NCBI GenBank assembly: GCA_029266735.1
Contig: JAQSWG010000034.1
Location: 9,694-73,693, forward strand
Direction: 5' to 3'
From: Ornithinibacter sp.
GTDB taxonomy: Bacteria > Actinomycetota > Actinomycetes > Actinomycetales > Dermatophilaceae
DNA: 64,000 bases
Each line of letters begins with the position of its first letter. Position 1 is the first letter of the stretch. Position numbers and translations under genes: made by a program. Below, piece after piece: positions 1-8,653 of this stretch. The notes beneath the pieces were generated by a model. That model was not told the DNA's origin, searched no databases, and saw nothing but the letters and a program-made list of their open reading frames with translations.

Positions 1-6
1 GCGCGC

Positions 7-315
7 ATGGTCGTGCGCACCATCGCCCGCGCCCGCGCCGCACCCGAGGGTTCGGTCGTCGTCAAGGTCCTCGCCTCCGGCCGACCCGTCACCGTGGGCT
101 ACCTCGTCTCGGAGTCACGGCGGGTCTTCCACCGGCCGTTGCGGATGATTCCCGTCGGCGGCGTGCCTGCCGGTCAGGTGCTCGACCTGCGACTGGAGTC
201 CCGGGTGTGGACGGAGGTCGACGCGCTCGCGACGACCCCGCTCGCTGCGGGCCTCGCCAGCACCTCCGCCGACGTGCGCGCGCGCGTCGTCGCCGGAGGT
301 GCGCTCGACCGCTGA
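7..315 (+). CDS. Hypothetical protein, probably the 3' end of a gene starting upstream of the window
   Basis: Open frame from the window edge to TGA at 313-315, convergent with the methyltransferase; no recognisable motif. Confidence 0.4.
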   Translation: MVVRTIARARAAPEGSVVVKVLASGRPVTVGYLVSESRRVFHRPLRMIPVGGVPAGQVLDLRLESRVWTEVDALATTPLAAGLASTSADVRARVVAGGALDR

Positions 316-355
316 CGACCGGCGCGGCGCGCGGCCCTGCGGCCAGTGACCCTGC

Positions 356-1084
356 TCAACCCGTGCGGGTCGCTGCGACGAACACGGACGACCCGAACGG
401 CAGGTCACCCCGACCCAGGAGCATCCGGTCGAGACGTGAGATCCCGATCAGGCCGATGTTGAGCGGCTTCGGCAGGCGGGGCACCTGGACGATGTCGGCC
501 GGGCCCGTGGCGCCGCGGCCACGCACCTTCCGGGCCAGCCGCTCGGCAGCGAACAACGGGAACACCGACGTGAAGCCGTACGTCGCCCGGTGCACGGTGA
601 AGCCCGCACGCTCCACCGCCGCCACGGCACGCTTGCGGGTGTAGCGGCGATGGTGACCGTTCGCCACGTCGAAGTCGCTCCAGGCCCAGCTGTACGCCGG
701 GACCGACATCACCAGCCGTCCGCCGGGGCGGAGCACGCGGCGTACCTCCGCCAGCGCCTGGTCCTCCGGGTCGCAGTGCTCGATGACGTCGAAGGCTGAC
801 ACGACGTCGAAGACCCCGTCCGCGAAGGGAAGGGCGAGGGCCGATCCACAGACACCGTCCGCATCCAGTCCGCGCGGGTCGATGTCGAGCGAGACGGTGC
901 TCTCGGCCGCGTCCCGGAGCCAGGCCGCGCTCGGTCCGTCGGCGCTTCCGAGGTCCAACGTCAACCGGGCGCCGTCGACGAAGGAGCGCATGGTCACCTC
1001 GAGCAGGTCCGCGCGGACGAGGTACCACCAGTAGTCCGGGACGGCGATCGAGGGGGATCCCCCGTGACCGGGCGCGTTCATCAC
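356..1084 (-). CDS. Class I SAM-dependent methyltransferase
   Basis: LDLGSADG motif I, LPFADGVFDVV, VLRPGG; -10-like TACAGT 6 nt before the GTG (leaderless-like). Confidence 0.85.
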   Translation of the reverse strand: MMNAPGHGGSPSIAVPDYWWYLVRADLLEVTMRSFVDGARLTLDLGSADGPSAAWLRDAAESTVSLDIDPRGLDADGVCGSALALPFADGVFDVVSAFDVIEHCDPEDQALAEVRRVLRPGGRLVMSVPAYSWAWSDFDVANGHHRRYTRKRAVAAVERAGFTVHRATYGFTSVFPLFAAERLARKVRGRGATGPADIVQVPRLPKPLNIGLIGISRLDRMLLGRGDLPFGSSVFVAATRTG

Positions 1085-1153
1085 CGCGTCACTGTAGCGG
1101 CGTGCCCGACCCCCTCCCGACCCGAGCAGGTGACCGGTGAGACCCGACGCCGG

Positions 1154-1810
1154 TCAGGCGGTTGCGCGGACGAGGCGCACGGCGAGGTCACCGTAGGTCT
1201 CCTCGATCCCTTCCGGCGTGCGGCGAACGTCATGGGTGTACCACCGGGCCACGTCGATGGCCATCGACAGCAGCGCCAACGCCGTTCCGGGGATGTCGAC
1301 GACCTCGAACTCGCCGGTGGCCACGCCGTCGCGCAGCACGCCGGCGACCACGTGGTCGATCTCCTTGCGCAGGTGGAGCACCTCGTCGCGGTGCTCGGGG
1401 CGGAGATGACGGAACTCGAACTGGACGATCCGGCCGAGCTCGTAGTGCTCGGCGTGCCACCGGGAGAATCCGCCCACCATCGCCCGGAGCGCCTCGGTCG
1501 GCGTGGCGGCGGCCTGCGCGGCCGCGACGAGCAGGTCTCGAGCGCGGCTGTGACCGCGCCGGCTCAGCTCGAAGAGGAGCACCTCCTTGGAGGAGAAGTG
1601 CACGTAGACCCCCGCGGGCGACAGGCCGGCCCGGGACGCGATGTCGCGGGTGGTCGTCGCGTGGAAGCCTCGCTCGGCGAACGCATCCGCCGCCGCCAGC
1701 ATGATCCGCACCGCCGTGTCGGTGACGTCACCGACGGCCTCGTGCCGCCCACCCTCGGGCGCAAGGGCGGCCAGGACGTCGGTCTCGCTCAGTGGCGTCG
1801 GACTCGGCAC
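1154..1810 (-). CDS. TetR family transcriptional regulator
   Basis: AAADAFAERGFHATTTRDIASRAGLSPAGVYVHFSSKE helix-turn-helix; start set at GTG 1810 (CATGCT 7 nt upstream), alternative ATG 1822. Confidence 0.9.
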   Translation of the reverse strand: MPSPTPLSETDVLAALAPEGGRHEAVGDVTDTAVRIMLAAADAFAERGFHATTTRDIASRAGLSPAGVYVHFSSKEVLLFELSRRGHSRARDLLVAAAQAAATPTEALRAMVGGFSRWHAEHYELGRIVQFEFRHLRPEHRDEVLHLRKEIDHVVAGVLRDGVATGEFEVVDIPGTALALLSMAIDVARWYTHDVRRTPEGIEETYGDLAVRLVRATA

Positions 1811-1838
1811 GGTTGACAGCATGCCGCACTCGCGTGAC

Positions 1839-1856
1839 ACTAAGCAAGCGCTTAGT
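1839..1856. promoter_or_regulatory. Palindromic TetR-type operator ACTAAGC-N4-GCTTAGT
   Basis: Perfect 7-bp inverted repeat between the divergent TetR and acyl-CoA dehydrogenase genes. Confidence 0.7.
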
Positions 1857-1894
1857 CAACGCGTAAGGCCCGCCCGAGTCGTCCGAGGAGATCC

Positions 1895-3040
1895 ATGCCC
1901 CGCAACATCTACGGTCCCGAGCACGAGGACTTCCGCTCGTCGGTCGCGGAGTTCGTCGAGCGCACGCTGAAGCCCCGGGTCGGGCAGATGCTCGAGGTGA
2001 AGTCGATCGACCGCGACATCTGGAAGGAGGCCGGGAGCCAAGGCCTCTTCGGTCTCGGCATCCCCGAGGAGTTCGGCGGCATGGGTGCCGAGGACTACCG
2101 CTTCAACGCCGTTGCGGCGGAGGTCATCAACGGCTTCAACGCCGCCGTCGGGTCGTGCTTCGGCATCCACAGCGACGTCTGCCCGCCGTACATCGTCGAC
2201 CTCGGCACCCAGGAGCAGAAGGAGCGCTGGCTCCCGCCGATGGCTGCAGGGGAGAAGATCTGTGCCATCGCGATGACCGAGCCCGGGGGCGGGTCCGACC
2301 TGGCGGCCCTCAAGACGGTGGCCGTGCGCGACGGGAACCGCTGGGTGCTCAACGGCAGCAAGACCTTCATCACCAACGGCTACCAGGCCGACCTCGTCAT
2401 CGTCGCCACCCGCACCGATCCCAGCAAGGGGGCGAAGGGCATCACCCTCTTGATGGTCGAGGAGGGGATGGAGGGCTTCACCCGTGGCCGCAAGCTCGAC
2501 AAGGTGGGCCAGGAGGAGTCCGACACCGCGGAGCTGTTCTTCTCCGACGTGCGGGTGCCGGACAGCAACCGCATCGGCGAGGAGGGGCAGGGGTTCGTCG
2601 CCATGATGCAGCGCCTTCCGCAGGAGCGTGTCGGCGCTGCCTGCGCCAACGTCGCGCACGCCAAGCAGATCCTCATGGAGACCGTCGAGTACGCCAAGGA
2701 GCGCAAAGCCTTCGGCCAGGCCATCGGCTCCTTCCAGCACAACAAGTTCAAGATCGCCGAGCTCGTGACCGCGATCGAGGTCGCTGAGGCCTACGTCGAC
2801 GACTGCATCGAGGCGCACGCCGAGGGCCGCCTCTCAGCGGTCGACGCCGCGAAGGCCAAGTGGTGGAGCGCCCAGGTGCAGAACGACGTCCTCGACGAGT
2901 GCGTCCAGCTGCATGGTGGCTACGGCTTCATGAACGAGTACCGCGTCGCTCGCGCCTGGCGCGACGCCCGCGTCACGAAGATCTGGGCCGGGTCGAACGA
3001 GATCATGAAGGAGCTCATCGGCCGGGACCTGGGTCTCTGA
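1895..3040 (+). CDS. Acyl-CoA dehydrogenase (long-chain type)
   Basis: CAIAMTEPGGGSDL, LNGSKTFITNG, QLHGGYGFMNEY, KIWAGSNEIMKE; RBS GAGGAG. Confidence 0.95.
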   Translation: MPRNIYGPEHEDFRSSVAEFVERTLKPRVGQMLEVKSIDRDIWKEAGSQGLFGLGIPEEFGGMGAEDYRFNAVAAEVINGFNAAVGSCFGIHSDVCPPYIVDLGTQEQKERWLPPMAAGEKICAIAMTEPGGGSDLAALKTVAVRDGNRWVLNGSKTFITNGYQADLVIVATRTDPSKGAKGITLLMVEEGMEGFTRGRKLDKVGQEESDTAELFFSDVRVPDSNRIGEEGQGFVAMMQRLPQERVGAACANVAHAKQILMETVEYAKERKAFGQAIGSFQHNKFKIAELVTAIEVAEAYVDDCIEAHAEGRLSAVDAAKAKWWSAQVQNDVLDECVQLHGGYGFMNEYRVARAWRDARVTKIWAGSNEIMKELIGRDLGL

Positions 3041-3056
3041 CCCCTCCCGACGTGCG

Positions 3057-3092
3057 GGATGCCGGCGCCGCAACCCCGCGCGGCCGGCATCC
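3057..3092. terminator. Inverted-repeat hairpin between convergent genes
   Basis: GGATGCCGGC (3057-3066) / GCCGGCATCC (3083-3092). Confidence 0.6.
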
Positions 3093-3103
3093 GCCTGGGT
3101 CCG

Positions 3104-3744
3104 TCAGTCCAGCGGCCCGCCTGCGACGTAGATGACCTGGCCCGAGACGAAGCCGGCCTCCTCCGAGACGAGGAAGGCGATCGTGGCAGCGATGTCCTCG
3201 GGCTGGCCCACCCGCTGGACGGGGATCTGCCGGGCCGAGTGCTCGATGAAGTCCTCGAACGACACGCCGAGCCGCGCGGCGGTTGCAGCCGTCATGTCGG
3301 TCTGGACGAAGCCGGGCGCGACGGCATTCGCCGTGACCCCGAACCGGCCGAGCTCGATGGCCAGGGTCTTGGTGAACCCCTGGAGTCCCGCCTTGGCCGC
3401 CGAGTAGTTCGCCTGGCCGCGGTTGCCCTGGGCCGAGGAGGACGAGAGGTTGACGACTCTCCCGTACCGCTGCGTGGTCATGTGGGTCTGGCACGCCCTG
3501 GTCATGAGGAAGGCGCCCTTGAGGTGGACGGCCAGGACGGCGTCCCAGTCGTCCTCGGTCATCCGGAAGAGCAGGTTGTCCCGGATGATGCCGGCGTTGT
3601 TGACGAGCACGACCGGCGGGCCCAGCTCCTCGGCCACCCGTGCCACGCCGCTCTCGACCTGCTCGGCACTCGTGACGTCGACCCGCACGGCGGCGGCCCG
3701 CCCCCCGGAGTCGCGGATCCGCGCGGCCACCGCCTCGGGGACAT
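3104..3744 (-). pseudogene. fabG: FabG-like short-chain dehydrogenase lacking its N-terminal NAD(P)-binding motif
   Basis: NNAG, YSAAK and NAVAPG motifs present, but no TGxxxGIG; the RBS-supported ATG at 3744 is out of frame with the conserved body. Confidence 0.75.
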
Positions 3745-3956
3745 GCGGGCTCCTCGGGGAACGGCCGAGGCCCGACGGCCTCGACGGCGAGGCTGACCCT
3801 ACCGACCGGCCGTGTCGAGCCATGGCTCGGCGGGTAGGTGACGTTTTCGTCGGTCCCCCCAGCCGACGGTAGGTTGACCTCCACTGCGGCGGGCCCCATG
3901 CCCGCTGCGCCCAGCACCGTCGCTGGCCTGTGGTGACCACATACGGAAGGCAAGTA

Positions 3957-6104
3957 GTGGAGATCTGGCCCGGAACGCCCTATCCCCTCGGGGCGACGTA
4001 CGACGGTAGTGGAGTGAACTTCGCGCTGTTCAGCGAGGTCGCCGAGGACGTTGAGCTGTGCCTCATCGACGACGACGGCGTCGAGACCCGCGTGGAGATG
4101 CCGGAGGTGGACGGGTTCGTGTGGCACGGCTTCATCCCGGGCGTGCAGCCCGGCCAGCGGTACGGGTACCGGGTCCACGGCCCCTACGAGCCCGAGCAGG
4201 GACACCGCTGCGACCCGAGCAAGCTGCTGCTGGACCCCTACGCCAAGGCGATCGAGGGGCAGGTGAGCAACGACCGGGCGCTCTTCTCCTACGACTTCAA
4301 GGACCCGAGCAGGCGCAACGCCGAGGACAGCCTGGGCAAGACCATGCTCTCGGTCGTCATCAACCCCTACTTCGACTGGGGGCACGACCGGCCACCGAAC
4401 CACGAGTACCACGACACCGTCATCTACGAGGCCCACGTCAAGGGTCTGACGATGACGCACCCGGAGGTGCCCGAGGAGATCCGTGGGACGTATGCCGCGA
4501 TCGCCCACCCCGCGATCATCGACCACCTCACGACCCTCGGCGTCACGGCGATCGAGCTCATGCCGGTGCACCAGTACGTCCAGGACACCTCGCTCCAGGC
4601 CAAGGGCCTCACGAACTACTGGGGCTACAACACCATCGGCTTCCTCGCGCCGCACAACGGCTACGCCCGGGGCCAGCGCGGCGAGCAGGTCCCCGAGTTC
4701 AAGGCGATGGTCAAGGCCCTGCACGACTCCAACATCGAGGTCATCCTCGACGTCGTCTACAACCACACGGCGGAGGGCAACGAGTTCGGACCCACGATCT
4801 GCTTCCGGGGGATCGACAACGCGGCCTACTACCGGCTCGTCGACGACGCGAAGGAGCACTACTACGACACGACCGGCACCGGGAACAGCCTCCTCATGCG
4901 GCACCCGCACGTGCTGCAGCTCATCATGGACTCCCTGCGGTACTGGGTCACCGAGATGCACGTCGACGGCTTCCGCTTCGACCTCGCCGCCACCCTGGCC
5001 CGCCAGTTCCACGAGGTCGACAAGCTCTCGGCCTTCTTCGACCTCATCCAGCAGGACCCGGTGATCTCCCAGGTCAAGCTCATCGCCGAGCCGTGGGACG
5101 TCGGCGACGGCGGCTACCAGGTCGGCAACTTCCCCCCGTTGTGGACCGAGTGGAACGGCAAGTACCGCGACACGGTGCGGGACTTCTGGCGTGGCGAGCC
5201 ACGCACTCTCGGCGAGTTCGCCTCACGGTTCACGGGCTCCAGCGACCTCTACGAGCACAGCGGTCGCAAGCCCATCGCCTCGATCAACTTCGTCACCGCC
5301 CACGACGGCTTCACGCTGCGAGACCTCGTGTCCTACAACGAGAAGCACAACGAGGCCAACGGCGAGGACGGCCGGGACGGCGAGAGCCACAACCGCTCGT
5401 GGAACTGTGGCGTGGAGGGCCCGTCCGACGATCCGGAGGTCCAGGCCCTGCGCCTGCGGCAGCAGCGCAACTTCCTCACGACGCTGCTCCTGAGCCAGGG
5501 CGTCCCGATGATCGCCCACGGTGACGAGATCGGCCGCACCCAGCAGGGCAACAACAACGTCTACTGCCAGGACAACGAGCTCTCCTGGGTGAACTGGCAG
5601 CTCGAGGACTCCCAGAAGGAGCTGTTCGCCTTCACGGCCGCCCTCACGACACTGCGGCGGGAGCACGCGGTCTTCCGTCGGCGGAGGTTCTTCGCCGGGA
5701 GCGCCCAGCACGGCGGCCAGTCCGAGATGGGCGACATCGCCTGGTTCCAGCCCTCGGGCGAGCCGATGTCCGAGTCGCACTGGTCGGTCGGCGAGGCGAC
5801 GGTGTCGGTGTTCCTCAACGGCCGCGCCATCCCCACCCCCGACAACCGGGGCCGACGGGTGGTCGACGACGACTTCCTCGTCCTCTTCAACGCCGACCAC
5901 GAAGAGAGAAGCTTCCGCCTCCCTGGGCAGGAGTGGGGCGAGCACTGGCTCGTCGAGGTCGACACCGGGGTGAGCGTCGTCGACCCCGGCTGGCACGAGC
6001 CCGGCAGCGAGCTGTCGGCCAAGCCGCGGTCCGTCATCCTCCTGCGCAGCCCCAGGGAGACCCCGACGGCGCCCTCCGGAGTGGCGACGACGAATCGGAC
6101 GTGA
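3957..6104 (+). CDS. glgX: Glycogen debranching enzyme GlgX/TreX
   Basis: WPGTPYPLGATYDG, YWGYNT, DVVYNH, DGFRFDLA, NFVTAHDGFTL; GTG start after GGAAGG. Confidence 0.95.
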   Translation: MEIWPGTPYPLGATYDGSGVNFALFSEVAEDVELCLIDDDGVETRVEMPEVDGFVWHGFIPGVQPGQRYGYRVHGPYEPEQGHRCDPSKLLLDPYAKAIEGQVSNDRALFSYDFKDPSRRNAEDSLGKTMLSVVINPYFDWGHDRPPNHEYHDTVIYEAHVKGLTMTHPEVPEEIRGTYAAIAHPAIIDHLTTLGVTAIELMPVHQYVQDTSLQAKGLTNYWGYNTIGFLAPHNGYARGQRGEQVPEFKAMVKALHDSNIEVILDVVYNHTAEGNEFGPTICFRGIDNAAYYRLVDDAKEHYYDTTGTGNSLLMRHPHVLQLIMDSLRYWVTEMHVDGFRFDLAATLARQFHEVDKLSAFFDLIQQDPVISQVKLIAEPWDVGDGGYQVGNFPPLWTEWNGKYRDTVRDFWRGEPRTLGEFASRFTGSSDLYEHSGRKPIASINFVTAHDGFTLRDLVSYNEKHNEANGEDGRDGESHNRSWNCGVEGPSDDPEVQALRLRQQRNFLTTLLLSQGVPMIAHGDEIGRTQQGNNNVYCQDNELSWVNWQLEDSQKELFAFTAALTTLRREHAVFRRRRFFAGSAQHGGQSEMGDIAWFQPSGEPMSESHWSVGEATVSVFLNGRAIPTPDNRGRRVVDDDFLVLFNADHEERSFRLPGQEWGEHWLVEVDTGVSVVDPGWHEPGSELSAKPRSVILLRSPRETPTAPSGVATTNRT

Positions 6105-6106
6105 GG

Positions 6107-8602
6107 ATGCCGTCCCCCCACCGCCCGGACCCGGGCCGCGTCGTGCCCGTCGCGACCTACCGACTCCAGATCCACGCGGGCTTCGGGTTCGACGCGGCGG
6201 CCGAGCACACGGCATACCTGGCCGCGCTCGGCGTCTCGCACCTCTACCTCTCACCCGTCCTCCAAGCTGTCCCGGGGTCGACGCACGGCTACGACGTTCT
6301 CGACCACACCCGGATCAACGAGGAGGCCGGAGGTCGCGAGGCGTTCGAGCGTCTCGTCACGGCGTGCCGGGAGGCCGGCCTCGGCATCATCCTCGACGTG
6401 GTCCCGAACCACATGGCGGTCCCGCGGCCGGCTCACCTCAACGCGCCGTTCTGGTCCCTCCTGCGCGACGGCGCACGCTCATCGTATGCGGGGTGGTTCG
6501 ACGTCGACTGGGTGGCCGAGGACGACCGCATCCTCATGCCGGTCCTGGGCGGCACGCTCGAGCAGGCCGTGGAGTCGGGGGAGCTGGTCGTCGCCGACGA
6601 CGGAGGACCGAGCGGGTCCGAGCACGTCCTGCGCTACTACGACGCCGAGTTCCCGGTGGCACCCGGCACCGAGGACCTCCCCCTTCCGGAGCTGCTCGGT
6701 GCACAGGCCTACCGCCTGTCCAGCTGGCGGGAGGCCGGTGAGGCCCTCAACTACCGGCGCTTCTTCGACGTCACGTCGCTCGTCGCGGTGCGGGTCGAGG
6801 ACCCCGTCGTCTTCATGGCGACGCACGCCCTCCTTCTCTCGCTGCACGGCCACGGCGAGGTGGACGGCTTCCGGATCGACCACCCCGACGGGCTCGCTGA
6901 CCCGCAGGGCTACCTCGACCGGCTCGCCGACGCGACCGGGGGGGCCTGGGTCGTCGTCGAGAAGATCCTCGAGGGCGAGGAGGCCCTGCCCGAGTCGTGG
7001 CGCTGCGCCGGGACGACGGGGTACGACGCGCTTCTCCGGGTGCAGCAGGTGCTCACCCCCACAGCGGGCCTCGAGGTGCTGGACCGGCTGTGGGCCGAGG
7101 CGGCGCCGGACCGTGCGAGTCTGGACGACGTCATCACCGACGCCAAGCGCCTCGTCGTCGACGACGTCCAGGCGGCCGAGGTGGACCGGCTCATGCGGCT
7201 CGTGCGGCGGGTGCTCGGGGACATCGACACCGCCGCGGTCCGCCGCGCCCTCGAGGCGCTCCTCGTGGCCATGGACCGCTACCGCGCCTACGTCCCCAGC
7301 CGCGGCGTCGACCCCGAGCAGCAGGCGGTCGTCGAGCAGGCGGCGGAGCGGGCGCAGCGGCTCCTCGCGCCCAGCGACCTCGACGCACTGGGCCTGGTCG
7401 TCGACCTGGTCCTCGGCCGAGACCTCCCCGAGGCACAGCTCGACACCCGCGCGGTGGCCGACGACTTCCGGCTGCGGTTTCAGCAGACCTGCGGACCGGT
7501 GATGGCCAAGGGCATCGAGGACACCGCCTACTACCGCTGGTTCCGGCTTGCCGGTGCCAACGAGGTGGGCGGACACCCCGACCACCCGTCGATCACCGTG
7601 GAGGAGTTCCACGCCTGGTGCGAGCGTCTCGTGAGCACCTGGCCGACCTCGATGACGACGCTGACGACCCACGACACCAAGCGGTCGGAGGACGTGCGCG
7701 CCCGGCTCATGCCGCTGGCCGAGGACGGCGAGGGGTGGGCGGCCTGGGTCGCGCAGGCCCGCACGATCGCTGCTCCCTACCGCGTGGAGGCGCTCGACGG
7801 TCCCACCGAGTACCTCCTCTGGCAGACGCTCATCGGCACCTGGCCCATCAGCGGTGCGCGTCTCGAGACGTACGTGCTCAAGGCGGTCCGCGAGGCCAAG
7901 GTGCACACCGCGTGGGTCGACGGGGACGCCCACTACGAGGACATGGTCGTCGCCTACGCCAGGGCGCTTGCCCGCGATGGTGCGGTGAAGAGGCACCTCG
8001 ACGCCTGGACCGCTGCGCACGAGCCGTCGGTCCGGGCGAACATCCTCGGCCAGAAGCTCCTCCAGCTGACGATGCCTGGCGTCCCCGACGTCTACCAGGG
8101 GTGCGAGATCGGGATGCTCTCGCTCGTGGACCCGGACAACCGGCGGCCTGTGGACTGGACCGACCGGGCCGAGCGCCTCCACCGCGTGCTCGCCGACGAG
8201 CCGGCGTTCGACCTCGACGACGAGAAGCTGCGCGTCACTGCACGGGCGCTCGCGGTGCGTCGTGAGCTCGCCGAGGTCTTCGTCGGTGAGACGACGACGT
8301 ATGCCGGGCTGCCCACCGGCAGCGAGCACGCCCTCGCCTTCACCCGAGGGGATGGCGACGGGCCGAAGGTCGTCACGGTGGTGACCCGGGCGGCCGGCCT
8401 GCTCGAGGCCGCCGGCGGCTTCGGTGACACCACCGTGGAGCTGCCACCCGGGGAGTGGAGCGATGTCCTGACGGCACGCCGGGTCACCACGGACGGGTCG
8501 GGTGTCCGCCTCGCGGGCCTCCTGGACGACGGTCCGGTGGCCCTTCTCGTCCGCAGGGACGCTGGGCCGGTGGATGGCGTCGGATCTCCCGTCGAAGGGT
8601 GA
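6107..8602 (+). CDS. treY: Malto-oligosyltrehalose synthase
   Basis: ATYRLQ, STHGYDV, DVVPNHM, NYRRFFDV, RIDHPDGL, THDTKRSED. Confidence 0.95.
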   Translation: MPSPHRPDPGRVVPVATYRLQIHAGFGFDAAAEHTAYLAALGVSHLYLSPVLQAVPGSTHGYDVLDHTRINEEAGGREAFERLVTACREAGLGIILDVVPNHMAVPRPAHLNAPFWSLLRDGARSSYAGWFDVDWVAEDDRILMPVLGGTLEQAVESGELVVADDGGPSGSEHVLRYYDAEFPVAPGTEDLPLPELLGAQAYRLSSWREAGEALNYRRFFDVTSLVAVRVEDPVVFMATHALLLSLHGHGEVDGFRIDHPDGLADPQGYLDRLADATGGAWVVVEKILEGEEALPESWRCAGTTGYDALLRVQQVLTPTAGLEVLDRLWAEAAPDRASLDDVITDAKRLVVDDVQAAEVDRLMRLVRRVLGDIDTAAVRRALEALLVAMDRYRAYVPSRGVDPEQQAVVEQAAERAQRLLAPSDLDALGLVVDLVLGRDLPEAQLDTRAVADDFRLRFQQTCGPVMAKGIEDTAYYRWFRLAGANEVGGHPDHPSITVEEFHAWCERLVSTWPTSMTTLTTHDTKRSEDVRARLMPLAEDGEGWAAWVAQARTIAAPYRVEALDGPTEYLLWQTLIGTWPISGARLETYVLKAVREAKVHTAWVDGDAHYEDMVVAYARALARDGAVKRHLDAWTAAHEPSVRANILGQKLLQLTMPGVPDVYQGCEIGMLSLVDPDNRRPVDWTDRAERLHRVLADEPAFDLDDEKLRVTARALAVRRELAEVFVGETTTYAGLPTGSEHALAFTRGDGDGPKVVTVVTRAAGLLEAAGGFGDTTVELPPGEWSDVLTARRVTTDGSGVRLAGLLDDGPVALLVRRDAGPVDGVGSPVEG

Positions 8603-8653
8603 CCCGGCATCCATCGGGTAGGACGGCCGGAGTACGCAAGGACAGGAGGGACC

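Noticed and set aside
3745-3940. Long N-terminal extension of the fabG ORF in the ORF track
   Set aside because: Non-homologous Arg/Ser/Pro-rich translation of the divergent promoter region; does not supply the missing motif
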